From: Geosiphon pyriformis uo1
Taxonomy: Eukaryota > Fungi > Glomeromycota
Reading direction: 5' to 3'
Length of the DNA stretch: 64,000 bases
NCBI GenBank assembly: GCA_016748015.1
Contig: JAAOMT010000512.1
Span: 1,374,893-1,438,892, forward strand
Part shown: piece by piece, positions 38,591 to 52,186 of the stretch
Numbering within the stretch: position 1 is the stretch's first letter
Layout of the letters: every line of letters begins with the position of its first letter
Notes under the pieces: generated by a model
The model's input: the letters and a program-made list of their open reading frames with translations, nothing else
Told to the model about the DNA's origin: nothing
The model's database searches: none
Translations under genes and position numbers: made by a program

Positions 38591-41500
38591 TATAATCCTA
38601 CAGAGAACCAGCACCAACAACCCCATCCAAAAGTGGCAAAATCAGAAAACATTGGAGCAAACTATCTAGGATTCACAAAATTCTTATTTCAACATTACTG
38701 TCAACATTTGGGATTAATCCATAATTACATATTAGCAGAATCAGCTTTCAATTTCTACGTTAATGAAAGAATTGCCTATCTATTAAGAACATTTGTGAAT
38801 ATTGAATCAGTAAGAGAAACTTTTTACAATGAATTAATTCAAAACACCAGCCTATCCACAAATCATAATTTCACATCTATCATTACTGAGATCAACAAAG
38901 AAATTGAACACCATATACAACAAAGATACCCAATTACTTACACAAGTAAAAGCAAAGAAAAACTACAAACACCAGCAGTAACATCTCAAAGGATACAACC
39001 ATCCACTTGGAAAAAAACTAGAGTTGAGTCTTCAAACAATCCATCTTACCACTATACTCCTGGAAGTGCCATCAATATATCATCAACAGACGCATCTACA
39101 TCAAACACAACATTAGCATTTGAACGTTTCTTATTTTAAAATAAACAAAGAAAAGAGGATCTACTAGAACCATACAGTGAGTATTTTAAAGGATTTAAAT
39201 CTTGATTACCGATGTTATCAGGATTTCAATCACTGTCATCTCAACCAAATTTTGTAATCGCGAGTCCTTGGGAAATTACTGAATTGGAAGGAGAACAAGA
39301 AGTAGAAAAGAAAGAAAAATCTGAGGATCAAGAATTTACTTACCAAAACCCAATCTTAGAAAACCCAGAAATTGAAACCCTAAACTTTTAAACCCAGCCC
39401 AATTTAGACAATTCAGAAAATAACACTCTAAATATTCAAACCCCACCAAATCAGAACAATCCAAACCCCAAAGTAATTAATCAACACTTACTTCCAGTTA
39501 TCGTCATCGACCAATCACTCATTGAACCAATTGGCCAGCCCATTCAACTACCGAATCAACAAAATCAACAACCATCACCAGTACTGTCCCAACAACAACA
39601 ATAACTTCTACTACCACAGCAACAACAAATAGCTTATGCACCCATTGCAAAACTCAACAAATTCAATAGTAAAGAAGATGACGTCCAAGTCTGGTTAAAT
39701 GACATGGCCAAAGCCATTACAGCCAATAATTGGGATGATGCTAGAGCAATGCAAGCAATCTCTTATTTTCTCCAGAATACCACTAATGCATGGTATCAAA
39801 GCCTTGCTATCAAACCCCAAAATTTTAATGGATTCAAAACTGAATTCTTGCAGTACTTTAGTAACAATAATAGTATCAACAAATTAGCCAACACCTTTAC
39901 AACTATCAGACAAGGAGACACTGAAGCAGTCACTACCTACTTGGGATGCTTCCATAGAAATCTATGCCAAATACAAGCCATTCAAGCTGACTATTTTACA
40001 GTGCCACAGATTTTAAATCAATTTATTAGAGGATTGCGCAGTAGCATCCTACAACGAGTACGTTTAATGCACCCAGTGGACCTTCCAATTACAGTCACAT
40101 ACATCAGAGATTTTGAAGCAGCTGAACTAGAAGCTAATCATGCTCAAGCTGTGAATCTAGCAATGAATGGATCATCTGAATTGGATTCCAAATTGAAGTA
40201 ATTTAGTAATTCAATTAATCAGAAATTAGAGGGATACTTAGCTGACAATCACATGATTTATCAACCTCCTCAACAGTGTAACAATTAGGAAAACGCAAAT
40301 TGTTTCCAAAATCAGTCACGTTTATTGTTATCATCCAATTAGTCATGGCAGCCAGAGATGCATATCTGCCACAACTGTGGTAAACAAGGACACATCAGAG
40401 CCAACTGCCATACTTATAGCAATCTATGACTGGAAAATCAATATAAAAACCCCAATCGCAGGTTCCAGACTCCGAACCATCACCTAAATCAAGACCAATA
40501 CCAATCCACTTACCTGCCTATAATGCACCAACTAATTTATCAACTGCCAGTTTATCAACTGCCATCACAAGCAATTTATCAGGTGCAGTCACAAGTAATA
40601 TATTAACCACAGCTACCAGCAATCTATCAAACACTCACCATTTAAATGTCATCAGTAAACCCAGCTCAAATGACATTAGGGAACCCAAAATTGAGGATCA
40701 CCCAAAACTGGAGATTGGTGATGGTTGTCCACCAACTAATCCCCAGCTCATCAACCTCACCATCAGGGTTGCAATCTCAGAATTCAGGCACCAGTCACAC
40801 CCAGAACCCAAATTTCCAGAACTATTTAAGTCTTATAGTGACCCCAAAAGACACCAAACCCAATCATCCAGAAAACAACCAACAACCACCACTCATCAGC
40901 AACATTCTATCAGCAATATTTACCAAAAACAAAACTCTTGCTGCCATCTTTCCTTTTGAATTAGAGGAAACTGTCAACCCACTGTTGTTCAGTGGAGCAG
41001 CACTTGAGAAAAAACCCATTACTGTGATGTACACTGATGCGAAAGTTAATGGGCACTCCATCAAACTGATCCTAGATAGTGGATCAGCTGGCAGCATCAT
41101 CACAAAACAACTCATGAACCAATTAGGTTGCCAAGTTGATTGCGCTGCCAGTGCAAGAATTATCATTGCTGATAGAGCTACCAAAACTCCAATTGGCAAA
41201 ATAGATGACTTCCCCATCGAAATCAATGGTATCACAATACCCATCAAAGTTCTGGTGATGAAAGCCACTTAGTATCAAGCACTTATTGGCAATGATTGGT
41301 TATCCAAAACCAATACAATACTCAACAAGACCACCCAAGAACTCCAACTCAGCCAAAATGACTGACACACACGAGTCTCAGCAACATGTGGCTATTTCAA
41401 ACTCAGCAATGTCAGAACAACAACACCACTTATTGAATTTGAGAAGGAAGAAAACAAACCAATATGGGAAGTGTATTAAGTATTATGGGCCGATGTCGAC

Positions 41501-44500
41501 CACAATGAACTGCTATCAATACTTTCCTGAGACAATAATGACAACGAGAAAAAAAAACAAAGAGCAGAACTTATCTGGAAAACAGATAACCTGACTTGGA
41601 CCAATAATGACAAACTGACATCAAGCTAAAAATGGGAAGAAAGCAAAGAAAACAATAAAGGGAAGGGAAAAGAAGAAGAAACAACACTTACTGACACCTC
41701 TATTCATAACTTACACACCTATCCATCACCACCAACTAATTATCATTGACCAAAGCTAATATGTGTCGATTGCGGCAAGAAATTGTTGTCAATTGGCGCA
41801 TGCTGTGGTGACAATGAAGAATATTCAATGGCCACCAGATTCTACTGCCACACATGCATCATAGAGTGCTTTGGATGACCGAAACAACAAGAAAAGTGGA
41901 ACAATCAACCATGTCTCACATGTAGAACTATTTTATCTGATGAAGAAATATAGAATGACATTTTGGGCAGGGAGGAACATGTGATGAGACATACCAGTAC
42001 ACTATCTTGATAAACAACTGGGTATGCAAGAGAACACTAATTGATGACACATGGAAAAGAGCACTATAACAATTGAAAAAATATCCCCATGATGAACATG
42101 AACTTTGGAGAATGGCATATGCAAAAGTAGAAGGCATGACAACCAGCGAATTACTGGAAATAAAAAACAATCTTTTATCTTTTTCTGAAACCGAATACAT
42201 CCAAACTTCCAACATCTTTGGTAACATTGAGGATGACCTAAAAAAATTCCACAAACATTACCAGCAATTAGCATCCACAATAGAAAAGCAAAAACAATGC
42301 TTGGAAAAAATAAACACTCAATTATGTGACCACTGTTTAATTCCATGTGACTTCCAATATTGTAATGAGTGTGACCTTATTTACAATCCATCACCACACA
42401 TGATCTACATAATCTCAGAGAAAGAGAAACCAATCAGCAGCTGTGCATTAGAATCAGAATTGATTTTTAATCCCAATTCAAACTCCGACAATAATAACAA
42501 CAAAAACACTGGTTTCAGTTTCATCCAATATGGTGATAACAATGACAACAATTCCAACTCAGATTTAAATCCTGATCCAGACTATGAACAATATATTGCA
42601 CTCCCTGATCTCGCCAAGAAACAGGAACTTAAATGGTTCAGTAATAATAATAAAGGTATTATGCCAGAATAGGCACATGATACCGATGTTAGGTTTGATC
42701 TGAGATATCCAAGAAAAGAGGCCATCCAATTGGAACCACATTCACATATCTGCTGTTACCAGAGGTTTTTGGTCTCTTTTCTGTAATGTTGTTGATACTT
42801 ATTTGCTGTGAATTCATGTTTTCTGGATGTGGTTGAACCTCCAGTAACTGAATTTATCTTCAAATTATCTCCTATAATTTGAACTGCTGGACTTATAAGT
42901 GGAATGGCCAATTCTTTGCCAGTTACTTTATGTAGTTACATTGTAGTAAATGTCAACTCTTTCCCAGGAATTGCTCATCTAGAAGCTTACTAAAAATGTG
43001 TAGTTACTTTGCTGTGAAAGTCAATTCTTCTACAGGAATCTCATCTGCAAGCTATCTTAATGATTGTAATAAGAAAAATAAAAGAAAATAAAAGAAATGT
43101 AAAAGAAATAGAATTTTGTCAAGGGAAACGTTTTCTATTTAGGCCTGGAGTTACTAACAGTTTACTGAAATTGGTAGCTAATCAATTTCGAAATGTTAGT
43201 TGGGTTTTGGGGATTTTCTAAGTACAATAATTAAAGAATTTGGTTTTTCGAATTATTTGATATTTATTTTTTTTTGTGTGTATAGCAACAGTTTTAAGAG
43301 ATAAATCTAAAGTAAGATACATTTTCTCGAAGAGAGAAGCTCTTTTTTTATACAACTTGTCATAACACTATTCTATGAACTTGAACTTTGCTATTTTCTA
43401 CAATTTTGCTGAACTAAAGATACATTTCGGCGAACTACAAGTTATTTCTGCAAACTATTAGATATTTCAGTGAACTATCAATTATTTCGGCAAATTTCTA
43501 TAAATTTCGGCAAACTTTTGAATATTACATAGTTTGGGGTATTGCATGATTGATTATCACAATTAAGTTACATTTGTGTTGTGTACAATTTGGGTTATTA
43601 ATTAAATGATAATTTCGGACATTCTTTGCTAATATATGCTAATTAATAATAGGAATTATGAGATAGTTTCATGCTAAATGATATCTCTAATTTCGTCTGG
43701 TAACATAACCTCCTCCTCAAGACTGAGCTCCATCAATGTCCAAGTACTGTTTGTTATTTCCAGATAATAATCCAAAATTATTGAAGAAATTTGGTCTGAA
43801 AATTGTTGAAATTTCAGTTCTGTGAGCTTTCCAATGTATTGAATCTTCAAAGGTTGAAAAATTGGGTTTTGTAGTACATTTTCACAGGTGTGAAATAAGT
43901 CATAAAGTCTAAGAGCAGCTCTAAGCCTATAGCGACTGTTTGTTAATCCAGTTGTTGTCTTGAATTCGTTGTGGAGTTGTTTCTGAATAGCTTCTTTTAT
44001 GAGGTTTGCTGTTGTAAGTTCCAGTTTCCGTTCGTAGAGTGTTTTTCCAATGTGAAAATATCTATAGATTGGAGGATATTCAATGTTTTTCTCATTGAGA
44101 CGCAGTTGAAGTTTTTGTTAACTTGTAACATTTGGTGGAATACTAATTGGAGTGAGCATTAGGTTTTCTCTTAAAGCAAGCTTTAAAAGTTCTGGCAGGT
44201 GAATTCCAGTATAACTTCTTGTGTTCTTTTTATACGGGTGATATTTTCGTGAATTTGGGGCTAAATTTGTAACTACTTCTGTTTGGGTATAATTTATGTG
44301 GTTTCCAGTAACAGTAATGGATAATTCGGGTATTGTTTTTAAAGCTAACATTAGTTTTTGGAATAATTGTTGAATGTTTTAAGGAATAGTCATTATAAGC
44401 ACTTGAAAAAATAAAAATTTATTTTTGGTTTATGGGTTTTTATGTTATTTTTGTTTTGTTTTTGTGAGATTGTTCTAAATTATAAGAGAATAACTAGTAA

Positions 44501-47500
44501 AATTAAATTAAGTGTTCAGGTTGGAAGATTGTTCAATGACAACTATTGGTTCTAAGTTTCGGAGAATATCTTCGGGACTGATTAAAGAGGAATGTGTACC
44601 AATTTGTGGAATTAATAATTCAGGATTGTTTCTGGAATGATAGTGTTTCAAACGATCTTTATGTGCAACTTTTGCTAAGATTTTGTCATCAAGTCTTAGC
44701 TTGTATGATCCATTGCCTAGGACTTTATGGATAAAGAATGGTCTATCCCATTTATTTTCAAATTTTCCACTCCATTGTTTTTCAGCTTTAGTTCTGTGTA
44801 AGAGAACTTTGTTTCCAATTTTGAATTTATTAATGACTGAAGGCAATTTGTCATCATGCCGTTCTTTTTGTTGAGCTTGGGAGTGTTCAATATGGGTGGC
44901 TGCTATTTGTCATTTTCCTTCCAATGTGTTAAGCAGAGTGTAGGCTCTTCGCTGAAGCATTTTTTGGAAATTGTTTTAATCGATCGGTTGTGCTGGATAT
45001 GTTTCCACTGTGAAACTAATTGGTAATATTGTCATCCTTCCATAAGTTAAATCAAATGGTGTGTGTTTCGTGGTATTTTGTTTTAATGTCCTATATGCTA
45101 GTAACACTGATGGAATAAAGAGATCCCATTCTTGCCCAAAATTGGTTGAGACTTTGGCTAATGACTCACACAATGTTCTGTTAAAACGTTCCACAAATCC
45201 GTTTGTTTGTGGATGGTAGGGCAAAGACAGAGGTCTTTTGACACTGAATCATTCACAAATTTTTTGTATCAGGTTGTTCACAAAGTATGTTCCCTGATCA
45301 GATAAAAGTTCAATTGAACATCCATGTCTACAAATGATGTCTTTATAGATGAAATTTGCTACTGATTTTGCATCTGCTCATTGAATGGCTCTGGCTTCAG
45401 GCCATTTAGTAAGATAGTCTACAGCTACTGCAATATAACAGTTTTCTTAAGTGGTAATAGATAGTGGTCCGACTAAATTGATACCAACTCTGTCAAAAGG
45501 CTGTCCAACTTTGATTGGATTTAAAAGTTCTGTAGGGCAAGTTTCTCCTCTTCTTTGACAACTATCACAAGATTCGACATATTTGTGAATGTCTTTTCTC
45601 ATTCAAGGCCAAAAGTAGTATTCTAGTGTTCTTTGGGTGGTGCTATCTTTTCCAAAGTGTGCTGATAAAGGATCTGAATGCATATTGTATAAAATAGTCT
45701 CTTTTTTCTGTTTTTGTATTAATCTGAGTAGTTTGGTTGGGTTTTTGAAATTTCGATAATAGATAATGTTGTTGTGTAGAAAATATTGTTTGGCTTGTTG
45801 TTGTAACTGATGTTTTTTGTTTGGAGACCAATCTGTTGGGATTGTTAATGTCTCCAAATATTGTTTGAGATTGTTGTAGTTTTCAGGGTTTATTGTTTGT
45901 TGTTTTGATGCTGTTAATTCAAATGGATGTTGGTTTTGTTTTCTAATTTTGCCTTATTCTTGAGAGACAATCAATGTTGGTGTGGAGTTTTTCTAGTTTG
46001 TGGTGTATGATGTATTGGTAATTAGCTAAAAATCCTGTCCATCAGGTTTGTTTTGTGTTCAGCTGGGTGTTTTTGTTTTGCAGCCATTTAAGTCCAATAT
46101 TATCAGTGATAATATCGAATTCTTTGGGTCTGAAGTAAAGGTTGAAGTGATGTAGGGCCCAGATTACTGCTGCGGTTTCTAATTCTGTTGTGGAGTAGTT
46201 CTTTTCGGCTGGCTTTAATGTTCTACTAGCATAAGCAATTACTCGCTCATTTCTATTGTCATCTAACTGTGATAGAATGGCACCAAAGGCAGTATAAGAG
46301 GCGTCAGTTGCTAATCGGAATCGGTTGCTGAAATCTGGGTAGGCGAGGATTGGAGCTGTTGTGAGTTTTTTCTTAAGTATCTCAAAGGCATTTTGGTGTT
46401 TTTCTGTCTATTTGTATTCAACATTTTTAGTAGTGAGCTGGTTGAGGGGTTTTGCAATTTCTGAGAATCTTTTGATGAATTTTTGGTAATAGGATGCTAA
46501 TCCAATAAATCCTCTTAATTCTGTGGTATTTTGTGGAGTCTTGAAGTTCTTGACAGTACTGATTTTTCCAGGGTCTGGTTTAATTCCATCTTTGCTAACA
46601 ATGTGACCAAGAAAAGCTAAACTTGTTTTTCCGAAGTAGCATTTTTCAATGTTCAGTTTCAATCCTGCTTTCCGTAATCGTTGAAAAACTTCTCGCAGGT
46701 GGATTAAATGTAGCTCGAAAGATGGTGAATAAACATCAGTGTCATCGAGATAAACTACTACTGATTTCCAAAGGAGGTCTTTGTAAACAACATCTATGAG
46801 TCTTTGGAATATTGCTGATGCATTGCATAATCCAAAAAGCATTACATTGAATTCGTAATTTCCTCCTTGAGTGGTAAATGCTGTTTTGGGGCAGTCTTTG
46901 GGATTCATAGCAACTTGCCAGTATCCACTCTCTAAATCTAGTGTTGAAAAGTATTTGGACTTTCCAAGGGCATCCAACATGTCATCAATTCGGAGAAGAG
47001 GGTAGGCATCCCCAATGGTGACACTGTTGAGTTGTCGGTAATCAACACAAAATCGTATCTTTCCATTTTTCTTTTTAACTAGGACCACAGGTGAGGCTCA
47101 TGGGCTCATTGATGATTGAATAAGCCTATTGTTAAGCATCTGTTGTACTTCTTCTCAGATAAATTGGTGACTTTTTGGGACAACTCGGTAGGCTTGTTGT
47201 CGCCTTGGTTTGGCATCTTCTGTATAGATTTGGTGTTGAACCAAATCAGTTCTTCCTAAGTCATTGTTGTTTTTGGTGAAAATGTCAGCAAATTCTGCAA
47301 TTAGCTCTTTAAGCTGGGTCTGTTGTTGTGGTTCAAGTTGTTCCATGTTGATTCGAGATAGTTTTTCCATGACAACATGGTAGTTTTCGGAGCTGGGGTT
47401 TGGATTGGTTTTTGGTATTGAATGTCCAATAATTTCAGAGAAATCGGGAACTATTTGGGGTAATTCTTGTTGAAATATATTACTGTTAATAAAATTATGG

Positions 47501-50500
47501 GGTAATTATTGGGGTTGTAAAAAGCAACTCGGATTTTCTTTGTTCTTTCTGAAATATAAATGTTTGGGATCAAAATATTATGTTCCAAGCAGACTTGTTC
47601 ATTGGACTCAAAAATTTGTTGTGTGGTTGTTGACTTTGGGCAGGTGTAGATTTCCGGATGTTCTCCAAAGGGTGAGATAGTAATCGGTTGTAGAAGTCTG
47701 AGAATTTGGTGGGATTCGTTCTGTGTGTTAAGAGCTATATTAACTGGAACTGTGAATCGTCCAGTTGAACCAAAACCTTGGGTTCCTCTATTGCTTTTTC
47801 CTAATTGTTCTCTTTGATTGACTAGTTGTAAACCCGAAATGTTGATTAAGGGTAGGTAAATAGCTTGGACAATTTTTTTAGCATGTTCAATTTTGAATGG
47901 TTTGTCAGTTTCATTTTGAAGCATCACTGTTATGTCTCCAGTATATCCAGCATCGATTATTCCTCCTCTGACATTGATTCTTTTGCTTGCCAGAGAGGAC
48001 TGGGAGGCAATTTGAACTATTGCTCCTGGCAGGATTTTGAGTGCAATTTTGAGGTTGATTTTTGTAAGAGATTTGGGTTTGAGAACAAGAGTATCCTTGC
48101 CTGGATATCTTAGATCATATTTAGCATCAATTTCGTGTGCTTTTTCAGGTTTTATTTCTTGTCTGTTGTTGTTGAAGTATTTAAGTTATAAGGCAGGCTG
48201 ATTTTTGATAAGGTAGATGGGTGTTGTTTCAATTTCTTCTGTTTCTTCAGGTTCTCCGAATTCAATTTCATTCTCATTATTTTCGCTGGGCAAGGGGATA
48301 CTAAGAGCATAGCATTTAGAACACCATTGTTTATCACAAGGCATAATGTATTCTTCACATAGCCTAATGTTCATTTGCTCTAATTGTTGAATTTGAGCTT
48401 CTTGGATCGGGTAGGTGTGACTTGCAATTTGGTGGTAGACTTCTACTTCATCTTTGTAATCGAATCCAGCTAATTCCATAGTGTATTCAATGTATTCTGC
48501 TTCTTTCATTTGACGAACATCTTCTTTGGTAGCTCTATTAATTAATGTCATTGCTAAGTCGAAAATCATCTCAGCATCATGAAGGTAGTAATAAAGTTTG
48601 TTGAAAGCACTATTGTATGCTGCATTAAAGAGTGTTCCTCTTTTTACTTTTTCTGAAATTAATAAAGCATATTGGCAAGTCTGATTACAGACACCTCCTC
48701 TCATTGTTACATCAATCTAATTGCATTCTTCGGGTAGCATCTCTCCACAAGTCAAACAAGGGGTGTTGTCCCATTTTCTGCTCCTTTTTATTAAATGGCC
48801 CCATCGCTCTCTGTGGCAAGCCTTGCAGTAATAACAAGTATGATTCTCATATTCTTCTTTAGGCAAAATGCAGGCTCCCATTGATGATAGTTTCTTGTGA
48901 CAGTCCTTACATTTAAGGGGAATATAGGGGCGTTGTTTCCTTGGTTCGGGTTTTGAGTAAGGTATATTCTATCCAGAGGTTTCGGGTTTAGTGTGTGGGG
49001 TGAAATGTTCTTGTTCTGTTTTATCGGCCCAGTTGGACATTGATCCAAGAGCCATAAATGTTTCGATTATTGGTTTTTCTTTTTCCAGTTCAAATTCAAA
49101 AGCTGGGGCTTTTTCAGAGCATTTGTTGAATGTACCACAAATGGCAGGTACTCGGGCGTGTTGTCCTTGGTAGGAGATTGTTAACTCTTGTGTTTCCCAA
49201 TTCAGATTAGCATTGGCTTCTTGAAGCCAATCATTTCTGACAAGAGCTTGATACTGGGGTGTGTCCATTATAAGAACTTTGACTGGAATGGTGATTCCAT
49301 CAAGAGTGAATGGAAAATTGTCAATTTCTCCTACTGGGGTCTTTTTCATGCCATTGGCAGTAATGATTACTGTTTGAGCTGGTTGGTCGACATTTCTTTT
49401 CAACTGTTGCATTAACTGGTAGGTAATAATGCTTCCAGCGGATCCACTGTCTAGGATCAAGCGAATTGGCTTTCCTTCTACTTCAGCTTCTGTGTACATT
49501 GCAGTGATGGCTTTTTGCTCATCAGCCGCTGCATTGCTAAGCAAGAATGGTGATTCATTTGCTTCAAATTCAAAAGGAAAGATATCAAAGAGATTGGCGT
49601 TTTCAGTAATTCAGGCTGGTAGAATAGTGGTGTGGTTATGAGAAGAGTTTTGTTGTTGTTGTGCTGCAGTTCTACCTTCCAAGAGTGCAGTATGGTGAAA
49701 ATCCTGTTCTTTCAGCATTGTTAAATAACTGGGTTGAGTGTGGTAATAGTTGGGTCTTGTTTGAGTGGTATTTCAGAGAACCAATTGGTTGTTCGAACTG
49801 ATTCTACTGTTGTTTACTTGGTATCAGTTTTGTGGTGTAAATTGATTTTGTGTAATCAGTCTTCGAGCAGGTACTTGATAATGTTGGGTGGGTGGTTGTT
49901 GGTATTGCTGTTGGATTGGTTGTGGGGCGGGCTGATAATAGTTATTTTGGTATTGGGGTCTTGGTGGATAGTAAGCTGGTGGTGATGGTTGATAATAAGA
50001 TTGCTGTGGTGGAGAGTAACATTGATTACCCCTATTTTGTTGGTCTCATTGCAGCTTTTTGCAATCTCTTTTCCAGTGGCCAGAGATTCCACAGTAATGG
50101 CAATTCTGGGGCTGGTTATTGGAAAGTGGTGCAAAGTTATTTTGATTTCGTCTTTGTGGTGGTTGATATTTTTGGGGTTGTTGTTGTTGGTTGGTAAAAT
50201 AGTTTTCAATCTTCTTTGTAAGTTGGTCAATTTTTTTTTCAGCTGCTGAGCTGGTTTCTCCAATTGCCAAATTTACAAGTTTTGTATGATTGGCTTCTTC
50301 CATGGCCATTTCATATCTTTTCGCATACTGTATGGCAGAGTTTAAATCTTCTGGCACATGTAGGCAAACCTTTTTAATTAGTTTATTTTTTAGACCAGTG
50401 ATAAATTGATCCAAGATTTGAGCATCAGAATAATAATTGTTTGTCTCAAGTTGGCGAATCCATCTGAGAAGTTTGTTGAATTTCCCAATATAAGTCATAA

Positions 50501-51100
50501 CAGATTTGGAGGGTTCTTGTTTGATATTTCAAAAACGATTGCGAAGAGTAATGGAAATATTATTGTCGGTAAACTGTTCAAAAAAGGCTGCTTTGAAAGC
50601 ATTCCAATCATTGAATGAGGTGGCAAGGTTTTCAAACCATTCTCCTGCTGTTCCTTTGAGAAAGTAGGGTATTGTTCTTAACATTCTGGCAGCATTCCAT
50701 CCATTTGCATCTCCAGCTTTAGTAACTTGGTCGAGCCATTTTTGGGGACTGGTCTCAATATCTTCTCTATTGAATTCAGGGATTTTTGCAATGTATGTTG
50801 TCATTTTGTCTTCTTTGTTTTCACTGTCTATTGATTCTTCTTCGGTTTTTTCAGAGTTGTTTTCTTCATTTGCTGCTGTCTCAAAGTGTTCACTTTGATT
50901 TTCAGCTAGAAAATCAAGGAGATTGGAACTAGTTTGAAGGAGTTCTTGTTGTCTGGTGGGACTTCTGAGTGATGTAAAATTTTCTGGTCTTGCAAATCGA
51001 TTCAAGGGTGAATTAGGTGTTTGTGCTTGTGCAAGTGAAGCTGGAAAAGGTGTGATAGTAAGTAGAAGTTTTGAACTGGTTCCCTGTTCAGGTGTTTGTA

Positions 51101-51886
51101 NNNNNNNNNNNNNNNNNNNNNNNNNNNNNNNNNNNNNNNNNNNNNNNNNNNNNNNNNNNNNNNNNNNNNNNNNNNNNNNNNNNNNNNNNNNNNNNNNNNN
51201 NNNNNNNNNNNNNNNNNNNNNNNNNNNNNNNNNNNNNNNNNNNNNNNNNNNNNNNNNNNNNNNNNNNNNNNNNNNNNNNNNNNNNNNNNNNNNNNNNNNN
51301 NNNNNNNNNNNNNNNNNNNNNNNNNNNNNNNNNNNNNNNNNNNNNNNNNNNNNNNNNNNNNNNNNNNNNNNNNNNNNNNNNNNNNNNNNNNNNNNNNNNN
51401 NNNNNNNNNNNNNNNNNNNNNNNNNNNNNNNNNNNNNNNNNNNNNNNNNNNNNNNNNNNNNNNNNNNNNNNNNNNNNNNNNNNNNNNNNNNNNNNNNNNN
51501 NNNNNNNNNNNNNNNNNNNNNNNNNNNNNNNNNNNNNNNNNNNNNNNNNNNNNNNNNNNNNNNNNNNNNNNNNNNNNNNNNNNNNNNNNNNNNNNNNNNN
51601 NNNNNNNNNNNNNNNNNNNNNNNNNNNNNNNNNNNNNNNNNNNNNNNNNNNNNNNNNNNNNNNNNNNNNNNNNNNNNNNNNNNNNNNNNNNNNNNNNNNN
51701 NNNNNNNNNNNNNNNNNNNNNNNNNNNNNNNNNNNNNNNNNNNNNNNNNNNNNNNNNNNNNNNNNNNNNNNNNNNNNNNNNNNNNNNNNNNNNNNNNNNN
51801 NNNNNNNNNNNNNNNNNNNNNNNNNNNNNNNNNNNNNNNNNNNNNNNNNNNNNNNNNNNNNNNNNNNNNNNNNNNNNNNNNNNNNN
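51101..51886. other. Assembly gap (N run)
   Basis: Run of N covering the end of the E 5' LTR, its PBS and the start of gag. Confidence 1.
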
Positions 51887-52066
51887 ACAATAATTAAAGA
51901 ATTTGGTTTTTCGAATTATTTGATATTTATTTCTTTTTGTGTGTATAGGAACGGTTTTAAGAGATAAATCTAAAGTAAGATATATTTTCTCGAAGAGAGA
52001 AGCTTTTCTTTTATACAACTTGTCATAACACTATTCTATGAACTTGAACTTTGCTATTTTCTACAA

Positions 52067-52186
52067 TTTCGCTGAACTAAAGATACATTTCGGCGAACTA
52101 CAAGTTATTTCTGCGAACTATTAGATATTTCGGTGAACTATCAATTATTTTGGCAAATTTCTATAAATTTCGGCGAACTTTTGAAT
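52067..52186. repeat. About 20-bp tandem array in the family Y LTR (core ATTTCGGCGAACT)
   Basis: Five to six consecutive units. Also present at ~43405-43520, ~35800-35915 (reverse) and ~63270-63370. Confidence 0.85.

Noticed and set aside
50529-52018. Long ORFs spanning the second N run
   Set aside because: Artefacts of N. Only the minus-strand gag portion 50529-51100 is real.
52067-52186. Regularly spaced palindromic repeats as a CRISPR array
   Set aside because: The period is only ~20 bp with no unique spacers, the array lies inside LTRs, the context is eukaryotic and there are no cas genes.
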